A program made the translations under genes and the position numbers. A stretch of DNA of 64,000 nt, from positions 34,596,001 to 34,660,000 of the forward strand of contig NC_083223.1 of the NCBI RefSeq assembly GCF_032191835.1, read 5' to 3'. Below are positions 12,401 through 23,917 of the stretch, one piece after another. Position 1 is the first letter of the stretch, and each line of letters begins with the position of its first letter. This DNA is from Heteronotia binoei. Its lineage: Eukaryota. The notes below the pieces were generated by a model. The model was given only the letters and a program-made list of their open reading frames with translations, was not told the origin of the DNA and did no database searches.

Positions 12401-12881
12401 ATATAAAACATGACACAGGTGAGCAAACTGCAAAAAAAACCCCCCTTCTCTCTTTGGTTCTCGTTTCCTGTTATTTTCCTCGAATAACTTAGTAATAATC
12501 TTGGAAATTAAAGGCTAATGATTCAAATATCTTCCTTTTTATTCATTAATATGCACCATTAATAACTCAAATCCCTTCCTTGCTGCACTGCAGAGTTTAA
12601 AGCAATTGCCCAATAAAGGTCACAGTGTGATCTTGCAACTTTGGCTTATGAAACAAATAGTTTGGATGTTTTTTGGTGAGGATGCTGAAGTAGCAAGAAG
12701 CTGAGAGGCAAATGTATTATAACAGGTATCAAATTGTTTGTGCAATTCTGAATAAGATAGAGATGAGTGCTGTAAAAAAACCATTCCATAGGTTTCAAAA
12801 TGCTAATCTATAAGGCTGTAGAGGTGTTCACATACATGTGCACACATATTTTTGCTCAAATTTTTCTTAAATCACTTACAG

Positions 12882-13025
12882 CAGGGGTGGCCAATGGTAG
12901 CTCTCCAGATGTTTTTTGCCTACAACTCCCATCAGCCCCAGCCAGCATGGCCAATGGCTGGGGCTGATGGGGCTGGGGCTGATGTAGGCAAAAAACATCT
13001 GGAAAGCGACTGTTGGCCGCCCCTG
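12882..13025. mobile_element. Palindromic hAT MITE
   Basis: CAGGGGTGGCC...GGCCGCCCCTG; 8-bp flanks ACTTACAG (12874-12881) and ACTTATAG (13026-13033). Confidence 0.85.
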
Positions 13026-13289
13026 ACTTATAGAACTTAGAATTTTCCTGCTGAATTGGAACAAAGGTTGATTTAGGTCAACATTCTCTTTCCACGATGC
13101 TGCCTATGGGTGGGGGAGGTACATTCTTAGCTGGGAAAAGCCATTGTGAGACCTGCTATCTGTTTATTTCTACCTGCCCTCTTAAACACTGCCTTAAATG
13201 CTGCCTTCAGGCCATTGGTCTGAAGCAGAATATTGGTCTATTAAGATCAGTATTGCCTGCTCCATTGGTACCCAATCTGAGGCTCACAT

Positions 13290-13500
13290 TCTCAATTATA
13301 CTCAACTGGAAGGGCCGGATTTACTTCCATCTCTGGCACCTCAGGGAAGCTCACAGCTTCCCTTTTACTACAGAAGTAGCTGTTTCAAGGTGGGAACCAC
13401 AAGCCCCCTGGGCAATGGCCTTGCCCACTTTCCTGAAACATGGAGTGGGTTTCATCCTGGGGAACAATGCACAGAAGAGCCACAGTGGCTCCCAAGCCAC
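13290..13500 (+). mobile_element. Unidentified old interspersed repeat, copy 1 (possibly RTE-type LINE)
   Basis: IYFHLWH...SRWEP...ALPTFLKH...LGN..QKSH recurs on the minus strand at 17900-18360. Confidence 0.45.
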
Positions 13501-15074
13501 TGAGTATCTCTGGTCCACTCGGACTTGAAGCTGCCCAGCCGGGATGCAAGTCAAGATAATTCACATTGCCTACTACTTGATCCCTTTAATTGGAGATGCT
13601 GGGATTGAATCTGGGACCATCTGTGTGTGAAGAAGGTGTTCTGCCACTGAACCATAGCCTACTGCAAGAGTTATTTGGCTATTGAAATGAACATGATGGA
13701 GATGGTGATGACAATGAGAATATCTGATATTATCTTTTCCTTATTAACTTGAATATCTATGCTCTTCTTCAGAAAAAAAACACACTTGAGACATCTTATC
13801 TATCCTCTAGCTTATCTTCCGGCTAGAGTGGCATACTCAGAAGTAGCCAGAGCTCAGATGTGAAACATAATATTGTAGAGCTTTGTAAAATGCAATATGC
13901 CTGTGCCCTGTAGATGTCTTGTATGACGTTTAGCCAGTTTAATCTGGTAGGAATGGTTGATCCAATGCTTCATAGAATTGTAACTGACTGTGGAATATCA
14001 AATAATGATTGAAAATAAGAATAAAGCTTCACAGAGGAAGCCCAGCGGCCATAGCTCCAGAAACAGCCTAAGGTTCAGGCAAGATTTCTTATGGAGTATT
14101 TTATACTTGCTGTTTAATGATAAACTGGCTTTGCATCTATCATACATTTTGTATCAATGACCTTAATAAACAACTTCTGTAGGCATTGCGTCTCCCATAA
14201 ATACATTGCTATAAGTTTATGGGATCCCTTCTATTTCAATGGCATAACATTTTTCATAGATAGCAGAGAACATAAACAGCCAGTACTGTGTAGAGCCTGG
14301 CTTCACAGGTGTGTGAGTTTATTGAAGAACTTTTCCCTCTCTTTTTTTTTTAATGCAAAGTCACTCAAAATCCTGCAACAGCAGCAGCAGTTCAGGTGAT
14401 AATCTAAATGCCAGTTTGAGACTTGTTCACTATGGTTGCAAATGAGTCCTTTGTTGAAGTTCTTCTAGTAACTATATAGATATGGCAGAAAATTGATCTA
14501 GGGAAGGATCACTTGATTTACTTTCTAGAGATAAACAAAATGTGTATTCCTCCTCTTCCTAAATGCCCTTTGGAGCTGTCTGTTGCCATTCCCTTGAGGA
14601 AGGCATATCCAATTTGGGAAATCCTTCTAGGACTTCACCCTGCCTACTCATTTTAAAGCCTCTAGGAAGAGATTATTCAAACACCAGATGAACACAGGCA
14701 GTTGTAGTATTCAGTACCTGAGCTAAGAGCAATGCCAAGCATTCAAGGTGCAGACAGTTCAAATTTTGATAAATGACCCAGTAAACATCTTCATATTTCT
14801 CTCTCTCTCTTATCAGCTATCAAGCTCATAAAAGATCCAATGGAGGGGATAACCGGCTGTTACAATGTGGATGGAGCATTTGATGATGCTAGCCAAGGGG
14901 AAATAAGAAGGACACACAGATAATGGTGAATAATGGATGCTTTCAGTCCAGTGCACATGCCAGTTAAACTGAAGGACTTGGGTTGCAGACTATACGGAGC
15001 TGGTTCAAACATCTGGACTCTCAGTAACATCCTTTGCATAGTTGGGGCTGGTCTTGAGGAGTATGTATGTATGT

Positions 15075-15245
15075 AAAATGCTGTCAAGTCACAACTGACT
15101 TATGATGACACCAGCAAGGGGCTTTCAAGGCAAGTGAGGAGCAGAGGTGGCTTGCCATTGCCTTCCTCTGCGGAGTCTTCCTTGGTGTTCTCCCTTTCAA
15201 GTATAGACCCTTCTTAGCTGTTGAGATCTGACAAGATCATGCTAT
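15075..15245 (-). mobile_element. 5S-derived SINE with Bov-B/Sauria-type tail
   Basis: Minus strand: ATGATCTTGTCAGATCTCAACAGCTAAG head and GGAAGGCAATGGCAAGCCACC tail. Confidence 0.7.
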
Positions 15246-15590
15246 AGTATGTCAGCTTCCCCCCCTACCCAACAATATACAACTGAATCATATATTTTTA
15301 AAAAGAACTCTACATAAAAATGATATCTTTTTTAGTAGAAGGGAGTCTAAGAGTGAATCTGTCATATTACAAGTGCCCCTAAGGGAATTACATTTTCCAC
15401 CCTTTTAAAATCCAAGAGACCACTGAGTAAGCAGCTTACTTTATACCGCAGAAATCAAAATACAAGTTAGGGCATGCATCCCCTGAGCTGTTGCATACAT
15501 ACTATTTTAGTGTACAACTGTTTAAGGATATTAGGGTTTGTAGAATCTTTCGGGCTCAAGTGCCGTGTTGTACTGGAGAAAGTTTTTCTT

Positions 15591-15631
15591 CCAGACGTTT
15601 CGTTCTCAGCTGCGGAGAACATCCTCAGTGG
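15591..15631 (-). ncRNA. Minimal type I hammerhead ribozyme motif
   Basis: CCA-CTGAGGA-T-GTTCTC-CGCAGCT-GAGAAC-GAAAC-GTC-TGG: core, 6-bp stem II, GUC cleavage triplet, CCA/TGG stem I. Confidence 0.75.
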
Positions 15632-15835
15632 CGTTGCAGCCGGAGCAGGCGCTCTGACCTTCTTGGCTGCTGTGCATTGAGTGTGGCCAGGGCTGCTGGA
15701 GAGCTGCTATTTCTAGGCTGGAGGGGGTGCGGTGAAAGGGCAATAGGTTTGTGGATGTGCCCATTGTGGATGTGCCCTGGCCTCCCTCAATGCACAGCAG
15801 CCAAGAAGGTCAGAGCGCCTGCTCCGCCTGCAATG

Positions 15836-15876
15836 CCACTGAGGATGTTCTCTGCAGCCAAGAATGAAACATCTGG
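15836..15876 (+). ncRNA. Second, CpG-eroded hammerhead motif
   Basis: CCA-CTGAGGA-TGTTCTC-TGCAGCC-AAGAAT-GAAAC-ATC-TGG. Confidence 0.6.
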
Positions 15877-17279
15877 AAGAAAAACTTTCTCCAATAGAAC
15901 ACGGCACTTGAGCCCGAAAGATTCTAGAAACCCTAATGATGTTAATAGCCGTGAAAACCTGAAATCTTTGTTTAAGGATACTAGTGGTTTTCTACAGCAC
16001 TTGCAAAAGTATGTTTGAAAACATGTATGTGATATGGAGTCACCTGGAAGGGAGGTCCCCAATGTTCTTCACCACTTTGCAGTGTATGCCCTATTGGGAA
16101 AGGAATGTCTTTGGGCTGTATTGTGTGAAAGGGCCCTTTAGGAGAGGAAAGAAGTGGTAATTGCAGACTCATGTGATGATACCTTGGCAGAGATAAACTC
16201 TGGTCTCCCAGTTGACATTCCAATGTCTTCTTTCAAGTACACTGACAAACTGTTAAAAACTGGAATGACAGCTAATGGCCCAGCCAATCGTCATTCAGGC
16301 CTTGGAGAACAGCATTTTACTTGGGAGCAGCTGAGGGCATAATCATTAACAGCCTTGCAGTTTTTCAGAAAGAGAAAGGAGCTGATTAAGTTAAGTGATT
16401 GCCAAGTGTATTATAAGTTTAACAAAGCTCACAACATATTTTTCCCCCCTTACATGCCATACAGTAATTGTGCAAAATGCATGATTTACTTTGGCAGCAT
16501 TATTCAAACTTAATTATAGTGCTAAGAAGCACCACAACTGAAAGAGAAAAAGCTACATTGCTCTGGGAGATCAGCAAGGCACTTCTGGTTTTAAAAACAC
16601 TTCTTTTGTCTGAGAAATAAATTGTGCGGAAAAACTTTTTAGTGTGTAGAAAAGCACATTTAAAACAAACTTTTAAACAGATCTGTGAATAGATTTAAAC
16701 AGCCGCTTGGAGACAGGGGTTTTGAGAGAACTCTTTGGCGTGGTTACATGGTTTTATTCTATTTTATGTTATTATTACCTGTTTGGAGCCTGTCTTGGTC
16801 TGGAGAAAGGTGGGGTTATAAATATTGTAAATAAAATAACTTAATGACTAAATAAATTATTTGATTTCCTACTTTTGATCCAGCACTTATATGCATAATA
16901 GGCTTAACAATTTAGCTGTTGAGGTAAATTCTGTGGTATGTAAGGTGTAAAGGAAACGATTAAATACTGTACATTTCAGAAAGAATGGATAATAAGGCAG
17001 TATGGCAGCTATCTAGCTTGTGTATGTGCAGCTGACTTATGGTGATTCTAGCAAGGGGCTTTCAAGACAAGTGAGAAACAGAAATGGTTTGCCATTGCCT
17101 TCCTCTGCAGAGCCTTCCTTGGTTAGGGTTGCCTAGTCTAACTCAGAAAATATCTGGGGACTTTGGTGGTGGAGCCAGGAGACTTTCACATTCCCTAAAA
17201 TAAATATGTAACAATACAGAAGTGCAGCTTTCCTGAGTACAGTCTTCATTTCCTCATCCCCAACTAGCTGCACATCTGT

Positions 17280-17280
<1 letters not shown>

Positions 17281-17317
<37 letters not shown>

Positions 17318-17332
17318 TCTCTCTCTCTCTCT
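17281..17332. repeat. (CT)n microsatellite
   Basis: Direct reading. Confidence 0.9.
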
Positions 17333-17899
17333 ATCCCACACAGACACACACCAGCCAAATCGCACACTTGTGTGGTCTCACTGGAACAATTTACTCATGA
17401 GTTACTGAAGTTCCAAGTTCTTCAAACTAACACAGGGAAACCAAAGGTTTCCATTTATCCTTAGCTAAGCAAACGACTTCTGAAAAGATTGTAAAACAAG
17501 TGGAGGGTCCTAGCTGCTTTCACAGCTACTGGGAGCAGCCATGTTGTTCTGCTGGCTCACCCTGCCCCCATTCAGGCTGGCTCCTAGATTTAAAGGCACT
17601 GACACATCTTCTAAAAAGCAAGCCTTTCTGAGCTTCTTCTTAAGCCTTCTGAAGTGGAAAGGCACATGGTGGCTGTTGGGGTGGGGCTTCCCCTCACTGG
17701 CCAGCTGACTAGGGGTGGAAAGGAGTCTGCAAAAGTGGGGGATTCCCTGCTGAGACCTGGGGATTGGCAAGCCTATCCTTGGTTGTCTCCCATCCAAGTG
17801 CTGATGCTGCATATCTTCTGACAGGATTGAGCTATACCGTGCTGCCTGCTCTCCAGGTACCTAGTTTACCAAGCTCCAATCTTTCATTAGAGCTGTCAT

Positions 17900-18360
17900 A
17901 CTCACTCAGTAGTTGTTTGACACAGTACCTGTGGCTCTTCTGAACACTGTTACCCAGTGTGGAACCTGCTCTATGTTTCAAGAAAGTAGGCAAAGCCTGG
18001 TAGATAGGACTGCCAGCTGTGGGTAGGGAAATACCTGGTGAATGGGAAGGTGGGGTCTGGAGAGGGGCGGGGTTGGAGAGGGAAGGGACCTTAGTGGGGC
18101 ATAATGGCAAGGAGTCCACCTTCCAAAGCAGACATTTTCTCCTGGGGAACAGGTCTGTATTACCTGGAGATCAGTTGTGATAGTGGGAGGTCTCCAGGGC
18201 CCACCTGGAGATTGGCAACCCTATCAGTGACAGGGCTTTTGGTTGGTAATTGGTTCCCACCTTGAAATAGTCAATGCCAGAGGAAAAGGGAAGCTGAAAG
18301 CCTCCCAGGCCTCATGCCAGAGATGGAAGTAAATATTGCTCTTTTGGTTGACGGTAAGTG
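17900..18360 (-). mobile_element. Unidentified old repeat, copy 2, split by a hAT MITE at about 17995-18223
   Basis: Homologous to 13290-13500; the MITE ends TTGGCAACCCTA at 18212-18223. Confidence 0.5.
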
Positions 18361-18542
18361 CAAACATGACTCTCCATAAGCTGAGGAATGAGTAACACTG
18401 CCTTAGAACAAAGAAGAGATTTATCTTATATATTCTGTAATGTCTGAAAAGAGCAACAACCCTGGTTTTTCTTTTTTGAGTTGATTGATTCATGTGAAGA
18501 AGTTTGAATTTCAGCTCTACATTTTGTATTGTTACACACACA

Positions 18543-18890
18543 TAAGAACATATGAAGAGTCCTGCTGTCTCAGAGCAATGGTCCATCTAGTCCAGCATCC
18601 TGTCTCACACAGTGGCCAGTCAGTTCCTGTGGATGGTCAACAACAGAGCATAGAGGCTGAGCCCTTCCCCTGATCTTGCCTCCTCCTAGCTCTGGGATGC
18701 AGAGGCTTAGTACCTCTGAATGTTGAGGTACCCCTCAGTCACCACAGTTATTAGCCATTGACAGCGTTCTCCTCCATGAATCAATCTTATCCTCTTTTAA
18801 AGCTGTTTATTCCTGTGGCCATCACTACATTCTCTGGCTGTGAATTCCACATTTTAATCACTCTCTGTGTAAAGTAGTATTTCCTTTTGC
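18543..18890 (-). mobile_element. CR1 LINE 3' fragment
   Basis: TAAGAACATA tail; parallels 2414-2750. Confidence 0.7.
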
Positions 18891-19139
18891 CACATAGTTC
18901 ATTATGGCTCAGTCAGTATTCCGAGGTCACTAACTTCCAAGAAATGAGATGAAGCTATTAGAGGACATAATTTCACGACCCCTTTTTGGCCTAGGCTGTT
19001 TCAGGCTACCATGATTACACAAACTGCAGTAGCCTTCAATAAAGCTTGTACACTGATAGTCTAGTTGAACCATGTATCTGAGAGAGTCTATGCTGCCATC
19101 TGATTGTCAGCCTGACTGCTCCTAGGATTATCAGCCCAG

Positions 19140-19400
19140 TGCTGGCACCCAGTGGGAGCTTTTTGGAATGGGGGGGCATGTTAAATGGAGTCACTTCAGC
19201 ACTGTGATATAACTTTTTGTGCTAACTGGGGCATGACATCATTGTGCCAGGACAACATTCTAGGATTTCACAAAACTCTATGCTTTTACAATAGAGTTCC
19301 ATGGAATCCTAAAGTTTCACCCTGGCACAATGATGTCGCAGCACTGGAGGAATGCCAGTTCTCTCCACTCCCCCCCCCTTCGCTACCCTACTGAAGAGCA
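19140..19400. mobile_element. Palindromic MITE core
   Basis: GACATCATTGTGCCAGG (19235) ... CCTGGCACAATGATGTC (19337); centre AAAACTCTATG...ATAGAGTT as in 62846-63222. Confidence 0.6.
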
Positions 19401-20149
19401 AGAAGAAGTCTAATGGCACCCTTTGCATGCTCCGATGGAGCACCTTATGCCAGCCATAAGCACGAACTGCCCCTGCCATTAGTATTCAACTGAAACCATG
19501 CTCGTCTACCTCTAAGTTCTGGTGTGAGGATGAATGAGAATGGATTGAAATATCTGTATGTCCAAATTGGACACACAGAGAGAAAAATCAATTCACACAT
19601 CATGGGGGATTCAGTATGAGTTTGGAGATCCCACCCTGTGTCTATGTACCAGTTGCATGTGATTTGTGGATTTTTCTCAACTCCTGGGCATGTGATGCAT
19701 GATTTAGATCATGACTGGTGGGCACACAGAGAAGGGGATTCCCCTGGCATAACTGTCCAAACCTGCAATGGTTCAGGGTCACTATATGGTCCACTTGGGA
19801 AACTTATATACACTTGTGGGCTTCCAAAACAGATGAGTTTTTCTTCAAAAAGCCGAATACCTTTCAGGCTAGAAAAATGCTGCGTGTGTGTGTGGCAGGT
19901 AAAGCCCCTTCTGTATACATGCCACCATTGTGATCCAGATTGGGCACAGTGTGCCAGGAATTAAGGAGAACCCACATCTCATGTGTCACTGTTCTATCTT
20001 AGTCACAGGATGGAAGACCTCAAGCCTAATTGGAGTTTTCTAAAAATGTGTGAATTTGCAATCTCAAGGGGGAGGGGGCTGGAATCTCATGCCACCAGCT
20101 TCCAAAAGAACCATCAGTGACCTCAGACAATTTCTACTGTCTTTTAAAA

Positions 20150-20882
20150 ACATTTTCAACTGTGAACTACTTTAAGTGCTTTGGGAAAAAACCCAGAATG
20201 TTAATGCAGTCCACAAATAAGTAAAGTAACATCAACAAAAATTGTGAAGACTGGTATTTTTCTTAAAGAACTTCAAAGAGTCTTGCTGGAAATGTATCAA
20301 GACAAAAAGATTTCGAGGAAATATACATAGATCAAAAAATATTTTAAAAACCAAATTTCTGATGAAATCAGACTGCTACTGGGAATCTTTCTGGACAATT
20401 AAGAAGAACTTCACAAGACTTACTTAGATATATGCTGTCAGAGTAACATTTGCAATAAAACGGAAGACAGAAGACTGTCCTATAATAGATATCTGGAAAG
20501 GAAAACTAGCTGGATATGCAACAATGGCAAAATTAACTATTTAAATAGAATTCCACTGAATGAATTTCAGCAGAAATGGCAAGCTTACTACTTTTGATTT
20601 TTGAATTTATTTGAACAATATATTAAAGGGATGCAAATAATGATTATAGTTTTAATCCTTTAATTCAATATTCCACTAGCATTTAAATATTTAGCATGAA
20701 TAAAACTTAGAAATTGACAAACAATTATTATAATATTCTGGTTTTCAGAATGGTTCAAGTTCAGGAATTTGTTTAACTGTTAAAGATGTAATCCTTTTTA
20801 CTGTTAATAGATTACAGCTATTTAGATAGTTTTCACCTATTCCTTTAAAGAGAGAACTCACCTCAAAATATTATAATAATGA
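20150..20882 (+). mobile_element. L1/Tx1-clade LINE 3' end remnant
   Basis: SCWKC..., LLLGI..., KWQAY-like ORF2 C-terminal fragments followed by an AT-rich 3'UTR. Confidence 0.6.
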
Positions 20883-20884
20883 TG

Positions 20885-21165
20885 TTTTTTTTTTCACACT
20901 TAAATTTTTATTAATTTTTCTAAACAAAATATTCATAGACATTAAACATAATAAACAATAACACAGATAAATACTAAAACAACATAAAGAGTACTCTTAC
21001 AGTCTTCTGTTAATACATATCTAAGCATTTACCATCCATGTTTCAAGTATATTATTTCACAATGTATCCTATCTTTTTTCCAAATTAAGAAGAAATTTAG
21101 TAGTATGAGAAGGTTATGTATTTTTTTGGAATGCATTTTTCAAATTCATCATCCAAGCTAATATG
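20885..21165 (-). mobile_element. Antisense L1 3' tail
   Basis: Poly(T) at 20885-20894 on +; on the minus strand AATAAAAA precedes the poly(A). Confidence 0.55.
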
Positions 21166-21360
21166 ATGTTTAACTGTTAAAGATGTAATGCTTTTTTACT
21201 GTTAATAGATTATCGCTATTTAGTTTTCACCTATTCCTTTAAAGGGGAAGCTTGTCTCAAAATATTGTAATAAAGATTCTTTTAGTATCTTCTTCTACAT
21301 TTGAAACTGTACTTTTATTAATACAGTTGATTTTACTTGTGTGTAATTATTCATAATATC

Positions 21361-21799
21361 CAGGGCTGGTGTGTGGGAGTAGGCAAAGTAGGTCGTTGCC
21401 TAGGGGGCATGACTGGGCGCCCCCTCCCTGATGCATGACTCTGGCTCCTGACCACTGTCACCTTGTCCTCTCCCATCACCAAGCTGCCCTCAACAAAGCC
21501 AAGCCACTCTCCTCTCCCCTATGTGTGACTTGGCCTCCCACCTCATCCTATCTTGCCACCCTCCTTCCTGACATGGCCGGCAAGCACTTATTCTCACATT
21601 TTTTATAGCATCACATTTTTTTTTGAAAAAATTAAAATTAAAAATAGTATAGTAAAAATCAGTAAATTAAAAATGCGAAAAGTTTCAAGTTTGGCACTCT
21701 TCAATTTCCCTATATTTTTAAATTATTGTGTGTGTGTGGGGGGGGATCGCACTAGTGGATGATTTGCCTAGGGTGCCAGAAAGCCTAGCACTGGCCCTG
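21361..21799. mobile_element. hAT MITE
   Basis: CAGGGCTGGTG...CACTGGCCCTG; perfect 8-bp TSD ATAATATC (21353-21360 and 21800-21807). Confidence 0.88.
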
Positions 21800-22887
21800 A
21801 TAATATCTGACAAATTCAGATAAATATATATTTTCCTTACCCCTTTTTCCCTTCTGTGCCCCACTTTTTTTTGGGGGGGGGGAGAAAATAAAAAAAAAAA
21901 CTTTTAGAAATTGTGTGGTGACAACTGGTGTTTTTAAAAAAATGTTTCTGATGTTTAAATGGGTCCTTCTGTGCATTATTCAAGATTGTTTGGAAGCCTG
22001 TAAAGGTGAAGCATGGCTTGGTGGTTTGGCAAACCCACAGGGAACTGCTGCTAGAACAGCTGCAAAGACGATCTGATCAAACTGTCCTGGAAATGGAGGG
22101 TGAAAGTGTTGTGTTTCTCTGTTGGTATAAAAACTGAACAGCAGGAAAGAGATGTTGGGGGGCAAATATTTTGGAGACACAAGGTATGATCTACTCAGTC
22201 ATTTTGAAGATAGTTATTTGATTTCAGCTAGCTCTTATTAATAGGCTTAGCAGCTGTTCTGGAATGTTTCGCATTCCCTATAGGTCTGTCAAGCACCCCG
22301 CCATCCACAATATACTGAAATACATGCAACACATTCTTTCTGTACTTCTTAACTAGAAGTGTGCTGTGCAGATGAAGAAAGTTTCTGTAGCAGTAGAGCA
22401 ACTGAGTACAATGGGACTTAAGTGTGTTTAGGATTGCAGCTTTGCGCTTTATAAGTGCTATACAAATGAGAAATAATGATATCCAATGAAACACCAACCT
22501 TGCCACAAGAAATCTGCTGTTAAAATTTGCAGTGGGAGAGGTACGGAGAGAAAGGATAAGTTTCACAGTAGCCTGCAAAGATGTTGAGGAATGGTTTTAA
22601 AAGCACCATCTAGGGATGGCCATGAAACGCCCAAATGGTGGTTTGTTTCAATTCACGATTTGTTGGTTTGCCTGATTCAGTTGTTCATTTTGTTTTGTGG
22701 GTTTTTAAATTTATTTTCTGAATGAATTGTGGTTCATTGTTTCGTTTGGTTCAGGAGGGCTAAAAAGAATTTTAAAATGTGTGACAATAGTTGACTGAAA
22801 AGTAATGAATAGTTAAATACTACACACACACAATAGTTAATCTCTCTATCCTCTCTCTCCCCATACATACACACACACAATACACAC

Positions 22888-23051
22888 AACTTTTTTGTAG
22901 CAGGAACTCATTTGCATATTAAGCCATACAACCCTGATGTAGCCAATCCTCCAAGAGCTTACAGGGCTCTTCGTACAGGGCCTACTGTAAGCTCCAGGAG
23001 GATTGTCTACATCCTAATATGCAAAGGAGTTCCTGCTACAAAAAAAGCCCT
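22888..23051. mobile_element. Palindromic hAT-type MITE
   Basis: TTTTTTGTAGCAGGAACTC...GAGTTCCTGCTACAAAAAAAGCCCT; related copies at 57415-57515 and 59095-59215. Confidence 0.7.
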
Positions 23052-23230
23052 ATATACACATGTGTGCACGCACACACACACATAAATAGTACCATATGTA
23101 AATGATTTTAGATAAATTTTAGGTTGTTAAGAACAGTAAAATATTAAAAGTCGCCAATACTTTAAAAATGTCAGATTTTACATGCAGCTGCACAGATTTT
23201 CACACTGAGTACTGTGACCTGTGGGTCTTC

Positions 23231-23450
23231 TCATATAAGTAGCATTCTGAGATATGCCAGATTACAGCAACCAGGGTTTTTGCTAAGCAAAGGAAAGATA
23301 TACTTCAGACGTATTTTATGATAGAAAGAGCAGTGGAGAAGAATATGTCCTATTGTTTCTATTGCCCCTGTGCCCACATGGACAAGATCTGTCTGCCATA
23401 GGCACCTTTTCACACTGAGGAGAGAGCTTGCCAAGGGAAAATGCCCTCTG
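23231..23450 (-). mobile_element. Non-LTR retrotransposon ORF2 C-terminal zinc-finger remnant
   Basis: GAIETIGHILLHCSFYHKIR resembles the E(T/S)xxHxxxxC motif of LINE ORF2. Confidence 0.55.
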
Positions 23451-23632
23451 TTGACTCAGGATCATTAGCTGGAAAAGATAGACAGCTGACACCACTGTAT
23501 ATCTAGCACAATGAGGAGTTAGAAAGGATAGTGAATTCTCTACATCACACTGCTACTCAGTGTCTAGCACTCTTTGCCTTATAGTTGTTTTTGCTTGGTC
23601 GTACCCCTTAAAATCCAAATAACAGCCAGTTG

Positions 23633-23917
23633 GAGAGCCAGTTTGGTGTAGTGGTTAAGTGTGCGGACTCTTATCTGGGAGAACCGGGTTTGATTCCCCA
23701 CTCCTCCACTTGCACCTGCTAGCATGGCCTTGGGTCAGCCATAGCTCTGGCAGAGGTTGTCCTTGAAAGGGCAGTTGCTGTGAGAGCCCTCTCCAGCCCC
23801 ACCCACCTCACAGGGTGTCTGTTGTGGGGGAGGAAGGTAAAGGAGATTGTGAGCCACTCTGAGACTCTTTGGAGTGGAGGGCGGGATATAAATCCAATAT
23901 CTTCAATATCTTCTTCT
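23633..23917 (+). mobile_element. tRNA-derived SINE (Squam3-like), full length
   Basis: GAGAGCCAGTTTGGTGTAGTGGTTAAG head with A box, GGTTTGATTCC B box and (TCT)n tail; nearly identical to 53016-53311. Confidence 0.9.

Larger units (their letters stand above)
15531..15968. mobile_element. Penelope-like retroelement insertion with inverted partial terminal repeat
   Basis: About 150-bp inverted arms (15531-15681 and 15787-15936); PLE-type end GCCGTGAAAACCTGAAATC; 12-bp TSD TGTTTAAGGATA (15519-15530 and 15969-15980). Confidence 0.8.

Noticed and set aside
14817-14925. Plus-strand exon (AIKLIKDPMEG...)
   Set aside because: Good acceptor, but the frame stops before the nearest donor and the product is unrecognised
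16174-16253. Minus-strand exon (FNSLSVYLKEDIGMSTGRPEFISAK)
   Set aside because: Plausible splice sites, but no recognisable homology and no independent support
23633-23705. tRNA gene
   Set aside because: A/B-box head runs on into a SINE body and tail; no acceptor stem or terminator. The same applies to 32560-32629 and 53240-53311
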